From Macrostomum hystrix (taxonomy: Eukaryota; Animalia; Platyhelminthes), in the NCBI GenBank assembly GCA_950097015.1, contig CATNEN010000038.1, positions 7,192,001 to 7,256,000 of the forward strand: DNA of 64,000 nucleotides, written 5' to 3'. The position numbers and the translations under genes were made by a program. Below are positions 1 through 12,200 of this stretch, one piece after another; within the stretch, counting starts at the first letter, position 1; each line of letters starts with the position of its first letter. The notes beneath the pieces are model-generated. The model was not told the DNA's origin, did no database searches, and saw nothing but the letters and a program-made list of their open reading frames with translations.

Positions 1-142
1 GTCACCATTATTTTGACACGATAATCAATCATAAAATGGGATATGAAAGCTAGTTAATTTCTAGTGTATTATATTTTATTATATTCTACACACCAAATTT
101 AACGAAAAAGAAAAGTTACATTAGACATTTTCCAAGACTCAC

Positions 143-218
143 CAGCCTTGCGCTTCGACTTCACAACGCCAACGTGCTTCAAGCGGCCAATCAGAAAGCT
201 AACTTTGCCCTGGGAAGA
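143..218 (-). CDS. MPDZ: MPDZ exon, end of PDZ11-equivalent
   Basis: ttgcag|[25 protein letters not shown]|gtgagt. Confidence 0.85.
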
Positions 219-3200
219 CTGCAACATTTTTTAAGAAGTTCGAGCGTTTGTTCGAGATTTTGTCCGCTTAGAGAATTGAGATGATTAATTGAGGTGCCTT
301 GAGCAACTCTTGACAATGTCGCTCACCTTGAGAATGGTGGCAACCTCAGCGTGAGGCGTCTTTCGCATGTCCTTGCCATTGATCTCCAGAATGCGGTCGC
401 CTGGCTGGAGGCGCTTGTCGCTCTCAGCGACGCCGCCTTTGATCTAGGTGCGGAGTGGACAAAACGCAACTCATTTCATCTGCTATGCTTTAGCTACCGT
501 CACTCTGGTGACTCAGTTTCACTCTAAGCTAACTCACAATGTCGGACACCAGAACGCCTTCGTCGTTGGAGCGGGCCACAATGCTGAAGCCGAGCCCTAT
601 GCCCTGTCGGCGGACCAGGTCAACGCGCAGCTTGTCGTACAGATCGTCCTCCGTGATCTCCTTGTCGTCGCGCCAGACCCGCAGCCGAACCCGCGGCGCA
701 GCCTGCAGCAGGATGTTCTTGGCCTCCTCGTGCGTCACATTGGACAGGTCGCGTTCGTCCACGCTGAGGATCTGATCGCCAGCCCAGAGCCGACGGTCCT
801 TCCAGGCGGCGCCGGTGTCGTAGACCTCGTGAATGACGATGGCGTTCTGGAACGGTGGAGCGGGGGTTTTGTGACGTCGTTAAATACAGCTAATTTAGAT
901 GGCCTTGTACGAGTTAGACTACTGGGCTTGAACGCCAGTGACGTTTAACAGTAGCTAGACCGCGCAATTTTTCCCCTGCGCTGCCTACTTCACGACAGCT
1001 CCCAAACCGAATGACCGATTTTCGTGAACGTCCACCATATGGATAAAAATATTCCGTCTTTTTATTAATTAAACTGAAAAATTATGCCTATATTGGAGCT
1101 TTTTGCTGTGCGGAAAAGTTGAGGCCATGTTCTGAAATTTTCGTGGCCATTGGGTCAATATTTTGTGAGATTTTTTCATTTTCGACATTTTTCTTCTTCT
1201 TCATTTGACAGGCCTGAGAAAAAATGTTCTTGGCATTTTTAAGAAGCTTAAAATCAGGGCCTTTGAGACATTGCTGTGACTCTTGATTTTCGCTTTACAT
1301 AGCGGAGGTTCATACGAGTATAAGGCTGCAATGTCCCATGCCTGTCTGGGTGAGCTTCTGTTTCTAATCAGCAGAGGGACAGGGATTAAAGGATAGAGCC
1401 CTCTGCTTTCTTCTCTCTGCGTCTTGGTGATTTCTTGATCTGGCAAATGAAAAGCTCATCTGTGCGGCGTCAATCTCATTGCATCCAGTCTAGTTTGCTC
1501 ATCTGTGCGGCGTCAATCTCATTGCATCCAGTCTAGTTTGCTCAGCTGTGCGGCGTCAATCTCATTGCATCCAGTCTAGTTTGCTCAGCTGTGCGGCGTC
1601 AATCTCATTGCATCCAGTCTAGTTTGCTCATCTGTGCGGCGTCAATCTCATTGCATCCAGTCTAGTTTGCTCATCTGTGCGGCGTCAATCTCATTGCATC
1701 CAGTCTAGTTTGCTCATCTGTGCGGCGTCAATCTCATTGCATCCAGTCTAGTTTGCTCATCTGTGCGGCGTCAATCTCATTGCATCCAGTCTGGTTTGCT
1801 CATCTGTGCGGCGTCAATCTCATTGCATCCAGTCTGGTTTGCTCATCTGTGCGGCGTCAATCTCATTGCATCCAGTCTAGTTTGCTCATCTGTGCGGCGT
1901 CAATCTCATTGCATCCAGTCTGGTTTGCTCATCTGTGCGGCGTCAATCTCATTGCATCCAGTCTAGTTTGCTCATCTGTGCGGCGTCAATCTCATTGCAT
2001 CCAGTCTAGTTTGCTCATCTGTGCGGCGTCAATCTCATTGCATCCAGTCTAGTTTGCTCATCTGTGCGGCGTCAATCTCATTGCATCCAGTCTAGTTTGC
2101 TCATCTGTGCGGCGTCAATCTCATTGCATCCAGTCTAGTTTGCTCATCTGTGCGGCGTCAATCTCATTGCATCCAGTCTAGTTTGCTCATCTGTGCGGCG
2201 TCAATCTCATTGCATCCAGTCTAGTTTGCTCATCTGTGCGGCGTCAATCTCATTGCATCCAGTCTAGTTTGCTCATCTGTGCGGCGTCAATCTCATTGCA
2301 TCCAGTCTAGTTTGCTCATCTGTGCGGCGTCAATCTCATTGCATCCAGTCTAGTTTGCTCATCTGTGCGGCGTCAATCTCATTGCATCCAGTCTAGTTTG
2401 CTCATCTGTGCGGCGTCAATCTCATTGCATCCAGTCTAGTTTGCTCATCTGTGCGGCGTCAATCTCATTGCATCCAGTCTAGTTTGCTCATCTGTGCGGC
2501 GTCAATCTCATTGCATCCAGTCTAGTTTGCTCATCTGTGCGGCGTCAATCTCATTGCATCCAGTCTAGTTTGCTCATCTGTGCGGCGTCAATCTCATTGC
2601 ATCCAGTCTAGTTTGCTCATCTGTGCGGCGTCAATCTCATTGCATCCAGTCTAGTTTGCTCATCTGTGCGGCGTCAATCTCATTGCATCCAGTCTAGTTT
2701 GCTCATCTGTGCGGCGTCAATCTCATTGCATCCAGTCTAGTTTGCTCATCTGTGCGGCGTCAATCTCATTGCATCCAGTCTAGTTTGCTCATCTGTGCGG
2801 CGTCAATCTCATTGCATCCAGTCTAGTTTGCTCAGCTGTGCGGCGTCAATCTCATTGCATCCAGTCTAGTTTGCCTTTGTTGCTTGGACTTTTGTCTGGC
2901 AAGCTCAAAAATTCTAAAGTCAAGCACTCGAGTCGCCTTCCAAAATACAAAAAGGATTTGGAAGGGCAAGAGGAGAGAAAGTAGAAGAGGGATTGGCGGC
3001 AAATAGCGTTGAGTGGAAGTGTTGAGAAGAGCTTACTATTGATCCTGGTATTGGCACAGGAGCAGCACGGCTTTCCTTGCACCCGAATTTCTTAACAAAG
3101 TAAAAAGTCACTTTAAAAAATTCCTGAAAATAGTCTTAACCAAAACGCCTTGAGCACTTGGCAACTCAATCACCCATTCACCTGAGCGAAACTGGCCAAG

Positions 3201-6200
3201 CACCCTTGGCTGCAATCAACCATTGGTTGCTATGGAAACGAATGAATTGAAAATCACTGGTAAATTTCAGTTCGTAAAAGACCGCTTTTTAAAGCTTGCT
3301 TTGTGTGGCAAACATTTTCTCAGTGCCAGTGCATCGATGGTTGAGCTGGGTGAAAGTTGGGAAGAAAGCAAGGATGGGAAGAATGGATGGATGGGAAGAA
3401 TGGATGGATGGGAAGAATGGATGGATGGGAAGAATGGATGGATGGGAAGAATAGATGGATGGGAAGAATGGGTGGATGGGAAGAATGGATGGATGGGAAG
3501 AATGGATGGATGGGAAGAATGGGTGGATGGGAAGAATGGATGGATGGGAAGAATAGATGGATGGGAAGAATGGATGGATGGGAGGAATAGATGGATGGGA
3601 GGAATGGATGGATGGGAAGAATAGATGGATGGGAAGAATGGGTGGATGGGAAGAATGGATGGATGGGAAGAATGGATGGATGGGAGGAATAGATGGATGG
3701 GAGGAATGGATGGATGGGAAGAATGGATGGATGGGAAGAATGGATGGATGGGAGGAATAGATGGATGGGAGGAATATATGGATGGGAAGAATGCTAGGAG
3801 TCTAGCAACCTCATTATGGGATAAAAATTGAGAAGACCCTGAAAAGAACCAGCTAGACGTAGTCAATGAAAAGAAAAAAGCTACTTTGAATTAAACATTA
3901 TGTAAGACAATCAGATGATGCAGCGGCTACAATTGGCCTGTCTAGATGTCATGTTACATACTTGACATCAAAGTGAAAGCATTAGGGTGAAAATTGCATT
4001 CTGGCTACATCAAAAAGGCCACTACATGGGGAAGTGTGCAATCGATCTTTTAGTGTGCTGTCAGTATGAGACGGCAAAGTGGGATTTCAGCAAGAATCCG
4101 GTAATCCCAAAGCGGAATCAGACATCAGACAGAATCCTCAGATCCATTGGTCACGCGGATGTTGCTGGGATTTTACTAGCTTATTTCAGGATCTGAATGC
4201 AATTCTAGACTTCTGCTTCGAGCTTTTCACGAATTTTCGTCAAGATAGCGAATCAGCTGGTGTTCGTGTGTACTAGGCCCGTTGAAATTTCATAAGTCAT
4301 CTGTTCTAAGAGTGAGATGAAAGTGGCCCTAAGTCAATATTTCCATTCCAATGCAAACTCGTCCTTCCTTTCCAAAGTAGTTAATCGTCATGCCTAAAAT
4401 AATCCTTAAGCTAATCCTTTAATGCCTGAGCTAATCCTTCAATCCCTGAGCTAATCCTTCAATGCCTGAGTTATTTTTTCAATGCCTGAGCTAATCCTTC
4501 AATCCCTGAGCTAATCCTTCAATCCCTGAGCTAATCCTTCAATGCCTGAGCTAATCCTTCAATCCCTGAGCTAATCCTTCAATCCCTGAGCTAATCCTTC
4601 AATCCCTGAGCTAATCCTTCAATCCCTGAGTTAATCCTTCAATCCCTGAGTTAATCCTTCAATCCCTGAGTTAATCCTTCAATGCCTGAGTTAATAATTC
4701 AATCCCTTAGTTTATCCTTAAATCTATGAGCTAATCCTTCAATCCCTGAGTTAATCTTTCAATCCCTAAGCTAATCTTTCAATGCCTGAGTTAATCCTTC
4801 AATCCCTGAGCTAATCCTTCAATCCCTGAGTTAATCCTTCAATCCCTGAGTTAATCCTTCAATCCCTGAGCTAATCCTTCAATGCCTGAGTTAATAATTC
4901 AATCCCTTAGTTTATCCTTAAATCTATGAGCTAATCCTTCAATGCCTGAGCTAATCCTTCAATGCCTGAGCTAATCTTTCAATGCCTGAGCTAATCCTTC
5001 AATCCCTGAGCTAATCCTTCAATCCCTGAGTTAATCCTTCAATCCCTGAGTTAATCCTTCAATCCATGAGCTAATCCTTCAATCCCAGAGTTTATCCTTA
5101 AATCTATGAGCTAATCCTTCAATCCCTGAGTTAATCCTTCAATCCATGAGCTAATCCTTCAATCCCAGAGTTTATCCTTAAATCTATGAGCTAATCCTTC
5201 AATCCCTGAGTTAATCCTTCAATCCCTGAGCTAATCCTTCAATCCCAGAGTTAATCCTTCAATCCCTGAGCTAATCCTTCAATCCCTGAGCTAATCCTTC
5301 AATTCCTGAGCTAATCCTTCAATGCCTGAGTTATTTTTGCAATCCCTGAGCTAATCCTTCAATGCCTGAGTTATTTTTTCAATGCCTGAGCTAATCCTTC
5401 AATCCCTGAGCTAATCCTTCAATTCCTGAGCTAATCCTTCAATCCCTGAGCTAATCTTTCAATGCCTGAGCTAATCCTTCAATGCCTGAGTTTATCCTTC
5501 AATGCCTGAGTTAGTCCTTCAATCCCTGAGTTAATCCTTCAATCCCTGAGTTAATCCTTCAATCCATGAGCTAATCCTTCAATCCCAGAGTTTATCCTTA
5601 AATCTATGAGCTAATCCTTCAATCCCTGAGCTAATCCTTTAATGCCTGAGCTAATCCTTCAATCCCTGAGCTAATCCTTCAATCCCTGAGCTAATCCTTT
5701 AATGCCTGAGCTAATCCTTCAATCCCTGAGCTAATCCTTCAATCTCTGAGCTAATCCTTCAATCTCTGAGCTAATCCTTTAATCCCCGAACTAGCCCTTC
5801 AATCACAGAGCAAAGCCTGCAGTGCCTTAGCAGCCTACAATGTCTCACCAGTGTGGTATCGCTGCCGCCAACAATGCTTAGTCCGAGGCTGCTTGATCCT
5901 TTGTCAATCTCCACGACCGTCTCCCGGCCGGCGACAATCTGGCACGTCGCTGGATTTGAATTTTGTGGACTCGCAGCCGAGCCCGAAGATTCAGCCGCAT
6001 CTTTGACCATGTCAGCCGCAGGTAGGACCTTCTCTTGCTCAACTGCTGCGAGCTGCTTGTCAACTTGACTTTGACAATTCGCAATCGGTGCTTCGGCAGC
6101 GGAGACTGTTTTAAAAAAAGCAAATTAGGGATGCACTTTCTAGCAAGTTGAATACAGCTGCAGCTTTTTGACACTCTGCGGATGGCCTGGCGGTCCTGCA

Positions 6201-9200
6201 AGTAACACGCTTTTAGCAGAGAATGCAGGAGGCTCGGGGGAGAGAGTGGAAGGGGCCGGTTGGAGGTTGGGGTCGCGCAGGAGGGGGAAGGGGAGAAAGG
6301 AAGACGATCCCTCCTTGGCTGGCCCTGTTTCCCTGTTCCCCTCGCATACCCAGGGATCTCGACCAGCGATACAAACCCTTGGTCTCCTTCCCCAGTCATT
6401 CTCCCTTCCCTGTCCTCCCTGCAGGCTTCCCCCAGTTCGGGGGATGAAAATGCGAGTTTAAGTAAGGACTTGGCAACTGCAGTTGGGGGATCCTAATGTT
6501 GGGATATTCTGTACATCTAAGCTTCTAATACCATAATATAATTTAGCAAAAAAATTGGAGATTACATTTTCAAGAACTTACTCCTTGGTTCCGGAGCTAA
6601 CGGAGCTTGAACTCAATTCGTGCTCGCACAGCCTTTATTCTACAGTCAGTCTGCGTGCGAACCACAATTCTCAAACTGTTTATATTAGCCAACCGCCTGG
6701 ACTCAAGCCAACCGCGGGCTAGCTGACAAGGGATTGTACATCTGCCCCACCACCCCACTTGCTCACAGAGCATTCTTTTCCAAGCTCAACTCACTCAGCA
6801 GCCGACTCACACAAAGGCCCTGCTAAAATTAGAACGGACCCTCTGTCCCGTTTAAGTCTCAACAACTCAGGACTAGAAACGAGTCGAATCTAGAAACTAG
6901 AAACGGATTGCCGAGTCACGAGTTGTATGTTAACCCATGGCTACTAGCTAGCTATCGAAATGATGTGCATCTGGTTCATCTTATACTTCGTACGCTTTCA
7001 CCTACTTGCGAGTAGGCACTACTGCGCATTAGCTGCATTTTTTATTCTGATAATTTTATTAGACAGAAGAAGTAAAAAATAAAAACTAGAAGTTCTTTGA
7101 TTAGACTAGATTTTCGATTCAAACACACAGGACAGTAATGTGTCTAGGGAGATTCCAGCCTAGAGGTCTAGACCTAGAGGTCAGAAGTTCGAATCCTGGC
7201 CAAATCGAAATGACTGTGACATTGATCAAAACAATGGCATTAGTTCCAGATCGGGGCTGATATTCTGATTAAGCCACTGATTATAAATCTGGTCGCAATG
7301 GGTTAGATTTGCGTTTAATTTTTATCGATTACGTGGCAAAAAATGCTGAAGATTTTTCAGGAAGTTTTGGCCTGGCGTGACTCACCATCACGACTGTCGT
7401 GGTCGTCAGCTTCGGGTGGCAGGGCGATCCTCACCTCCTTGCGCTTTGTCTTCGCTGGCGCCGTGGCAGCTGCTGCGGCTGCCTCCGTCACCGGTGGCGA
7501 GGCACGCGCCACTGTGATGACGACACTGCCAGACATCGACCTCAGCCGGTCCAGAGCTTCTTCATAGGCGGACTCGGCTAGTGAGAACTCGTTCGCCCTC
7601 AGCAGGCGGTCTCCGGTGCGCAGGGTGCCATCGGCAGCTGCCGGGCCCTTCTCCGTGATGTGCTTCACGTAGATGCCCGGCTTGTCATCCACATTGCCCT
7701 CCATGATGGCGAAGCCGAGGCCTTGTTTTCCCTGGCACATATGTTCCGTTTTTAATCAGGGACATGGCTTACTTCAATAACATGTTTACCGTTTCACTTA
7801 CTCACCTTTATTAAAGTACATGTAAGCTCGACTCCATATTTGCCAGCACTAGTCTGCGCCGATTTCAGTTCTGTGGATGGTAAGGTTTCAGTTGCTGTTA
7901 TCTCTTGTGCTTCCCTAGCCTTTAGTGCATCGCCATTGCTCTGCAGCTGCTCCTGCTGCGACTGTGGCTCAATCGATTCGGGTGAAATCGTTTGATCGAC
8001 GGTAGGGATTCCTTCGCTAGCTTGCTGGTCTAGTTTCGCCTGGAATGTCCATAGAAATGTGTGACCTTGAAGCTACTTTGATCAGTAAAGTGTAAAGTGT
8101 AGAGCATCCGGAGTGACTCACGCCAACATCGCATGGCAGACTATGCGGTGGCTGCAGCGGCTTGACTGCCATTAACTCCAGGGGGTTTTCTCGCCTGCCC
8201 ACAACCAGTTTGACTAGGCGGGTGCCGCAGTCTGCAATCACTGGAGCTGCGTTCGAGTGCGACTTGCCAGCGAGCGACTGACCGTTGACCTAGGTGAAAG
8301 TCGCGATTTTGAAGGTCACAAGTTGGAGTTTGCCACTGAAAAGCTTCACCTACGGCGTATTAGACTCGCATTTTATTGTGCTTGATTGAACAGCAATCAA
8401 TTAAAATTTTCTCGATTACAATTCATCTACAATTCATTCATCACCAGCTACAATTTGTAGCTGGGAGAGTACCAAAAGCTCAGCATTTCTTAAAATTGTA
8501 TAACGTTTGCTTTTTCAACGTCTTCAGGACTACTAGTACTTCAGGAGAACCATAATACGTCATAGCCATAGGCACCCTAAAAATCTGCCCTTTACTTCAC
8601 CCTTATTGGTTGATACCATTTTATGTGGATTAAAAAATATCTACCCTATCCTTCACGCTCATTCGTTGAATTCATTTGATGGGTCTAAGCAAGTCTCTAC
8701 CCTATCCTTCACGTTCATTGGTTGAATTCATTTGATGGGTCTAAGCAAGTCTCTACCCTTATCCTTCACGCTCATTCGTTGAATTCATTTGATGGGTCTA
8801 AGCAAGTCTCTACCCTATCCTTCACACTCATTGGTTGAATTCATTTGATGGGTCTAAGCAAGTCTCTACCCTATCCTTCACGTTCATTGGTTGAATTCAT
8901 TTGATGGGTCTAAGCAAGTCTCTACCCTTATCCTTCACGCTCATTCGTTGAATTCATTTGATGGGTCTAAGCAAGTCTCTACCCTATCCTTCACGTTCAT
9001 TGGTTGAATTCATTTGATGGGTCTAAGCAAGTCTCTACCCTTATCCTTCACGCTCATTCGTTGAATTCATTTGATGGGTCTAAGCAAGTCTCTACCCTAT
9101 CCTTCACGTTCATTGGTCGATTGAATGTAATAATTCTAGCAAGTCTTAACCCATTCCTTCACGCCTATTGGTTGAATCCTCAAAGCTCTATCCTACTTCT

Positions 9201-12200
9201 CTCCGTCTCACCTCCAGTAACTCGTCGCCAATTTTCAGCCGACCATCAGCTGCCGCCGCGCCATCTGGCCGAATGCCGCAGACAAAGACGCACATCTGGC
9301 CCGGATCCCGATGGCCCGCCAGCGCCAGGCCCAGGTTGCGTCGGCTAGTCTTCTCTATGGCAAACAGGTGGACAGACTGATAGCCTGGGTGCTTGATGGA
9401 CAGGTGTTCTGGAAACCCGGAATAAACTGATGTGTTTTAGTAATGAAATTATTTTTTAAAGGCAATGATTTTTCTGACTCACTTTCTGGGTTAACTAGTG
9501 GATAGCCGAACTCATCCTCACCCGACGCTGACGTTGAATTTGGCGCCGATTGATTCTGTCCCAGAAATGGGATGGAGGTGGGTCAGTTAACGATATAAAA
9601 TTCCAAGGCGGTTTCTGCGATGTTGATTGGTTGAGACTTTTCGACTTTCGACTGTAAATAAGATTTTAACTCTCTACCACTCCTAGAGATGTGATTGGTT
9701 GACTCTCAACTCACTTTCCGACTCTCAAACGCAACATATATGCAGGAATATCTAATCCTTAGCATTTTCTTTTGTCATTTCTTCCACAATTCGGACAAAG
9801 ATCTATTGTGTCAACACAGAATTATATTCCAAAGCCGTCATTATAATTTTATAGAAGTACAAACGCAGAAGCAGTTTTCAGAAGCACGACTGCAATGAAC
9901 AACCATCTCGCCGAGATGAAAATGTTGAGCTCAGTACAGACTTCAGAGTAAGCACGAAATCACCATCAACCTCCAATATAACCAGCGAAGTAGGCATTGT
10001 TGCCTAGTAGGCAGAAAGCCTACTGAGGTGGTGGACCGTGGGACGTTGACATATGGGGGCGTTCGGGCAGGGTCGTGAAAAATCCCATGGGATAAATTTC
10101 GGTTTGGCCTACGTGTTTGCTCATCATCTTTTCCTATTCTCCCTCTTCCTCCCTTCTATATTCTGCACTCTCTCACTTTGTTCAAACAAAACTGGAAACC
10201 CGAGCAAAGAGAGGCAGAGCTGGCGAGTCAGCCAGAGAGAACAGAAGTGCCTCAGGGTTGCAGACGCTCCAGTCGTGTTACTTGAGCGAACATTGTGAAT
10301 AGTGCACGCTGACAAAACAAAAACCAATGGAGCTATGGGCCTAGCTGGGTGTCTTGTCAGACAAAGTAAGCACAATGTATAAACAACTGTTGCCACGAAC
10401 TGCGGACGCTGATTCTTTCTATTGGCTGGAATTTTATAGATCATAGCCATAGACAAAAACGCGACGCTGAAAAAAATCTGGCACAAAGATTAAATCAATT
10501 TAGAAAAGTCCGTAGTCTATGGTAGAAAAAGGCGCCGTATTGCATAAATACAGCAAAAATTGATAGTTAAAATTCGATTGCCAATAATGGCCAATGCTGT
10601 CATGTGTACAACAAATGTACCATTGCTTTTTTAGCGAAGGAGTAGCAGTTTTTTAGAATAGCAATATTGGACTAATGCTTAACTTGACGACAGGCAGCAC
10701 TTTCGTCTGCATCTAATGGCTCTGCGATGCTTGGATGGGGCGTGGAGCTTGTTTTCAGCCGTCCTATCATCGGGATCATATCCTGTCTCCCACAACTCTA
10801 ATCCCGGTGTTTAGACCAAAGAGTGGAATTCCATGTGCTCAAAGGCTTGGTTCCGCTATCCCAGACACTGCCAAGAAAATTTAACAGATCGAAGAAGCTG
10901 GCCAAAGTGAGTCAGTGGAGAGAAATACGAAAGTAAGTGGGGAAGTTGAGGTAGGAAAAACAGGGGAGAGAAATTATAATTATTATAATTGCGGGAGGGC
11001 TGCGGGCAACAGTACATCATTTGGGGATACTAGAACCACAGACAGCAAAGCAATTCTGCCCATTTGACTGACTCCTGAGCACACACGCACACAGTTACCG
11101 TAGGCAGGCACACTCTCACAGGTGTGTACTTGTGAGAGTTTCTCATTATCAGGCAGTGTACACTTTCACTGTGCCTTGGAGGTTGGCCCTCAAGGGCGTA
11201 AATTTGACGTTCCGAGCCTTCTCTCCGCGGCTGCGCCCCAAATGAATGTGGCCTCACCGCGGAATCGAGTTCAGGGACCTTGGTGCGAGAGACAAACGTG
11301 TTGGACCGCTCAGCCACTCACCTCCTTAAATGAGGGAGAGAGTGAGGAAGTTGGACATTTGGACATCTCACTACACCTCTATCTGGCACCCGACCCATCG
11401 AATTGGGCTTACGGTAGCGACCTCTGAATCAGTGGCAGACGGAGGAGCAGTGGGGGCGACATTGTCGGCATCAGCAGCAGCAGCAGCAGGCCCAGTTACC
11501 ACCCTACTCGATGGTTGGTCCTCGGCAGGCAAAGCCAATGTGCCCGCCACAGCCGAACCGTTCAGGTAAGCTGCTCCGCGACTGAACAGAAGTCGCTGTA
11601 GGCTGCGACAGATGCAGCACCTGCGACAGGCCATGTGACGCTGCAGGCTTGGACAATTGTCGGCGCGAGGACGGCTCTGCTCGGCCTTGCCAGAATTGGC
11701 GCCTTCCGCATCGCATTGTATTAGCCTCCAGGCTCTATTTTTGTCCAACCAAATCCCAGCACTGGGATAGACCTGGGGCCAATGCGCGCTGCTCGCTGTA
11801 GCTAACCAACTTCTCTTCCCTACGCGGCCTCATCCCTGAACGGAGGTTCTTCTAATTGCATCCCCCATCATGGCAGCTCACAATGTCCTTAATCCATAAT
11901 CCTCCTACCCCCGATGCGGGTTGTCTCAGCTCTGCGTGTGCGGCCCGCAGTGTCTTCTGCTTGTTTCTCTTCTAAATTGGCACAGGAGTCACGAACGATT
12001 TGCAACCGGTTGTTTGGGGAGCAAGCCAGAGTTGAGCTGATGCCCAAGTCACTTATTTAGCCCTCAACGTTTTGACTGATCTGTGAGTTCTGTTTTCTCT
12101 ATTTTAGTCTATCTAATTTTATTCTGGGTTTCTAGCCTAGTGGTTTCTAGCCTAGAGCATCGGAGTCACGAACTAAAGGTTGGGGGTTCGATTCCCGACT

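Noticed and set aside
448-948. Plus-strand ORFs opposite PDZ exons (also 7343, 17330, 20457, 42439)
   Set aside because: They are antisense shadows of GC-rich coding exons.
1455-2873. 43-bp array, and the 32-bp array at 61.1-62.5 kb, as CRISPR
   Set aside because: Units are head-to-tail with no unique spacers, there are no cas genes, and the context is eukaryotic.
6225-6425. Purine-then-pyrimidine tract as a structured RNA (similar at 33.7-34.0 kb)
   Set aside because: Only compositional complementarity, with no well-defined stem or known motif.
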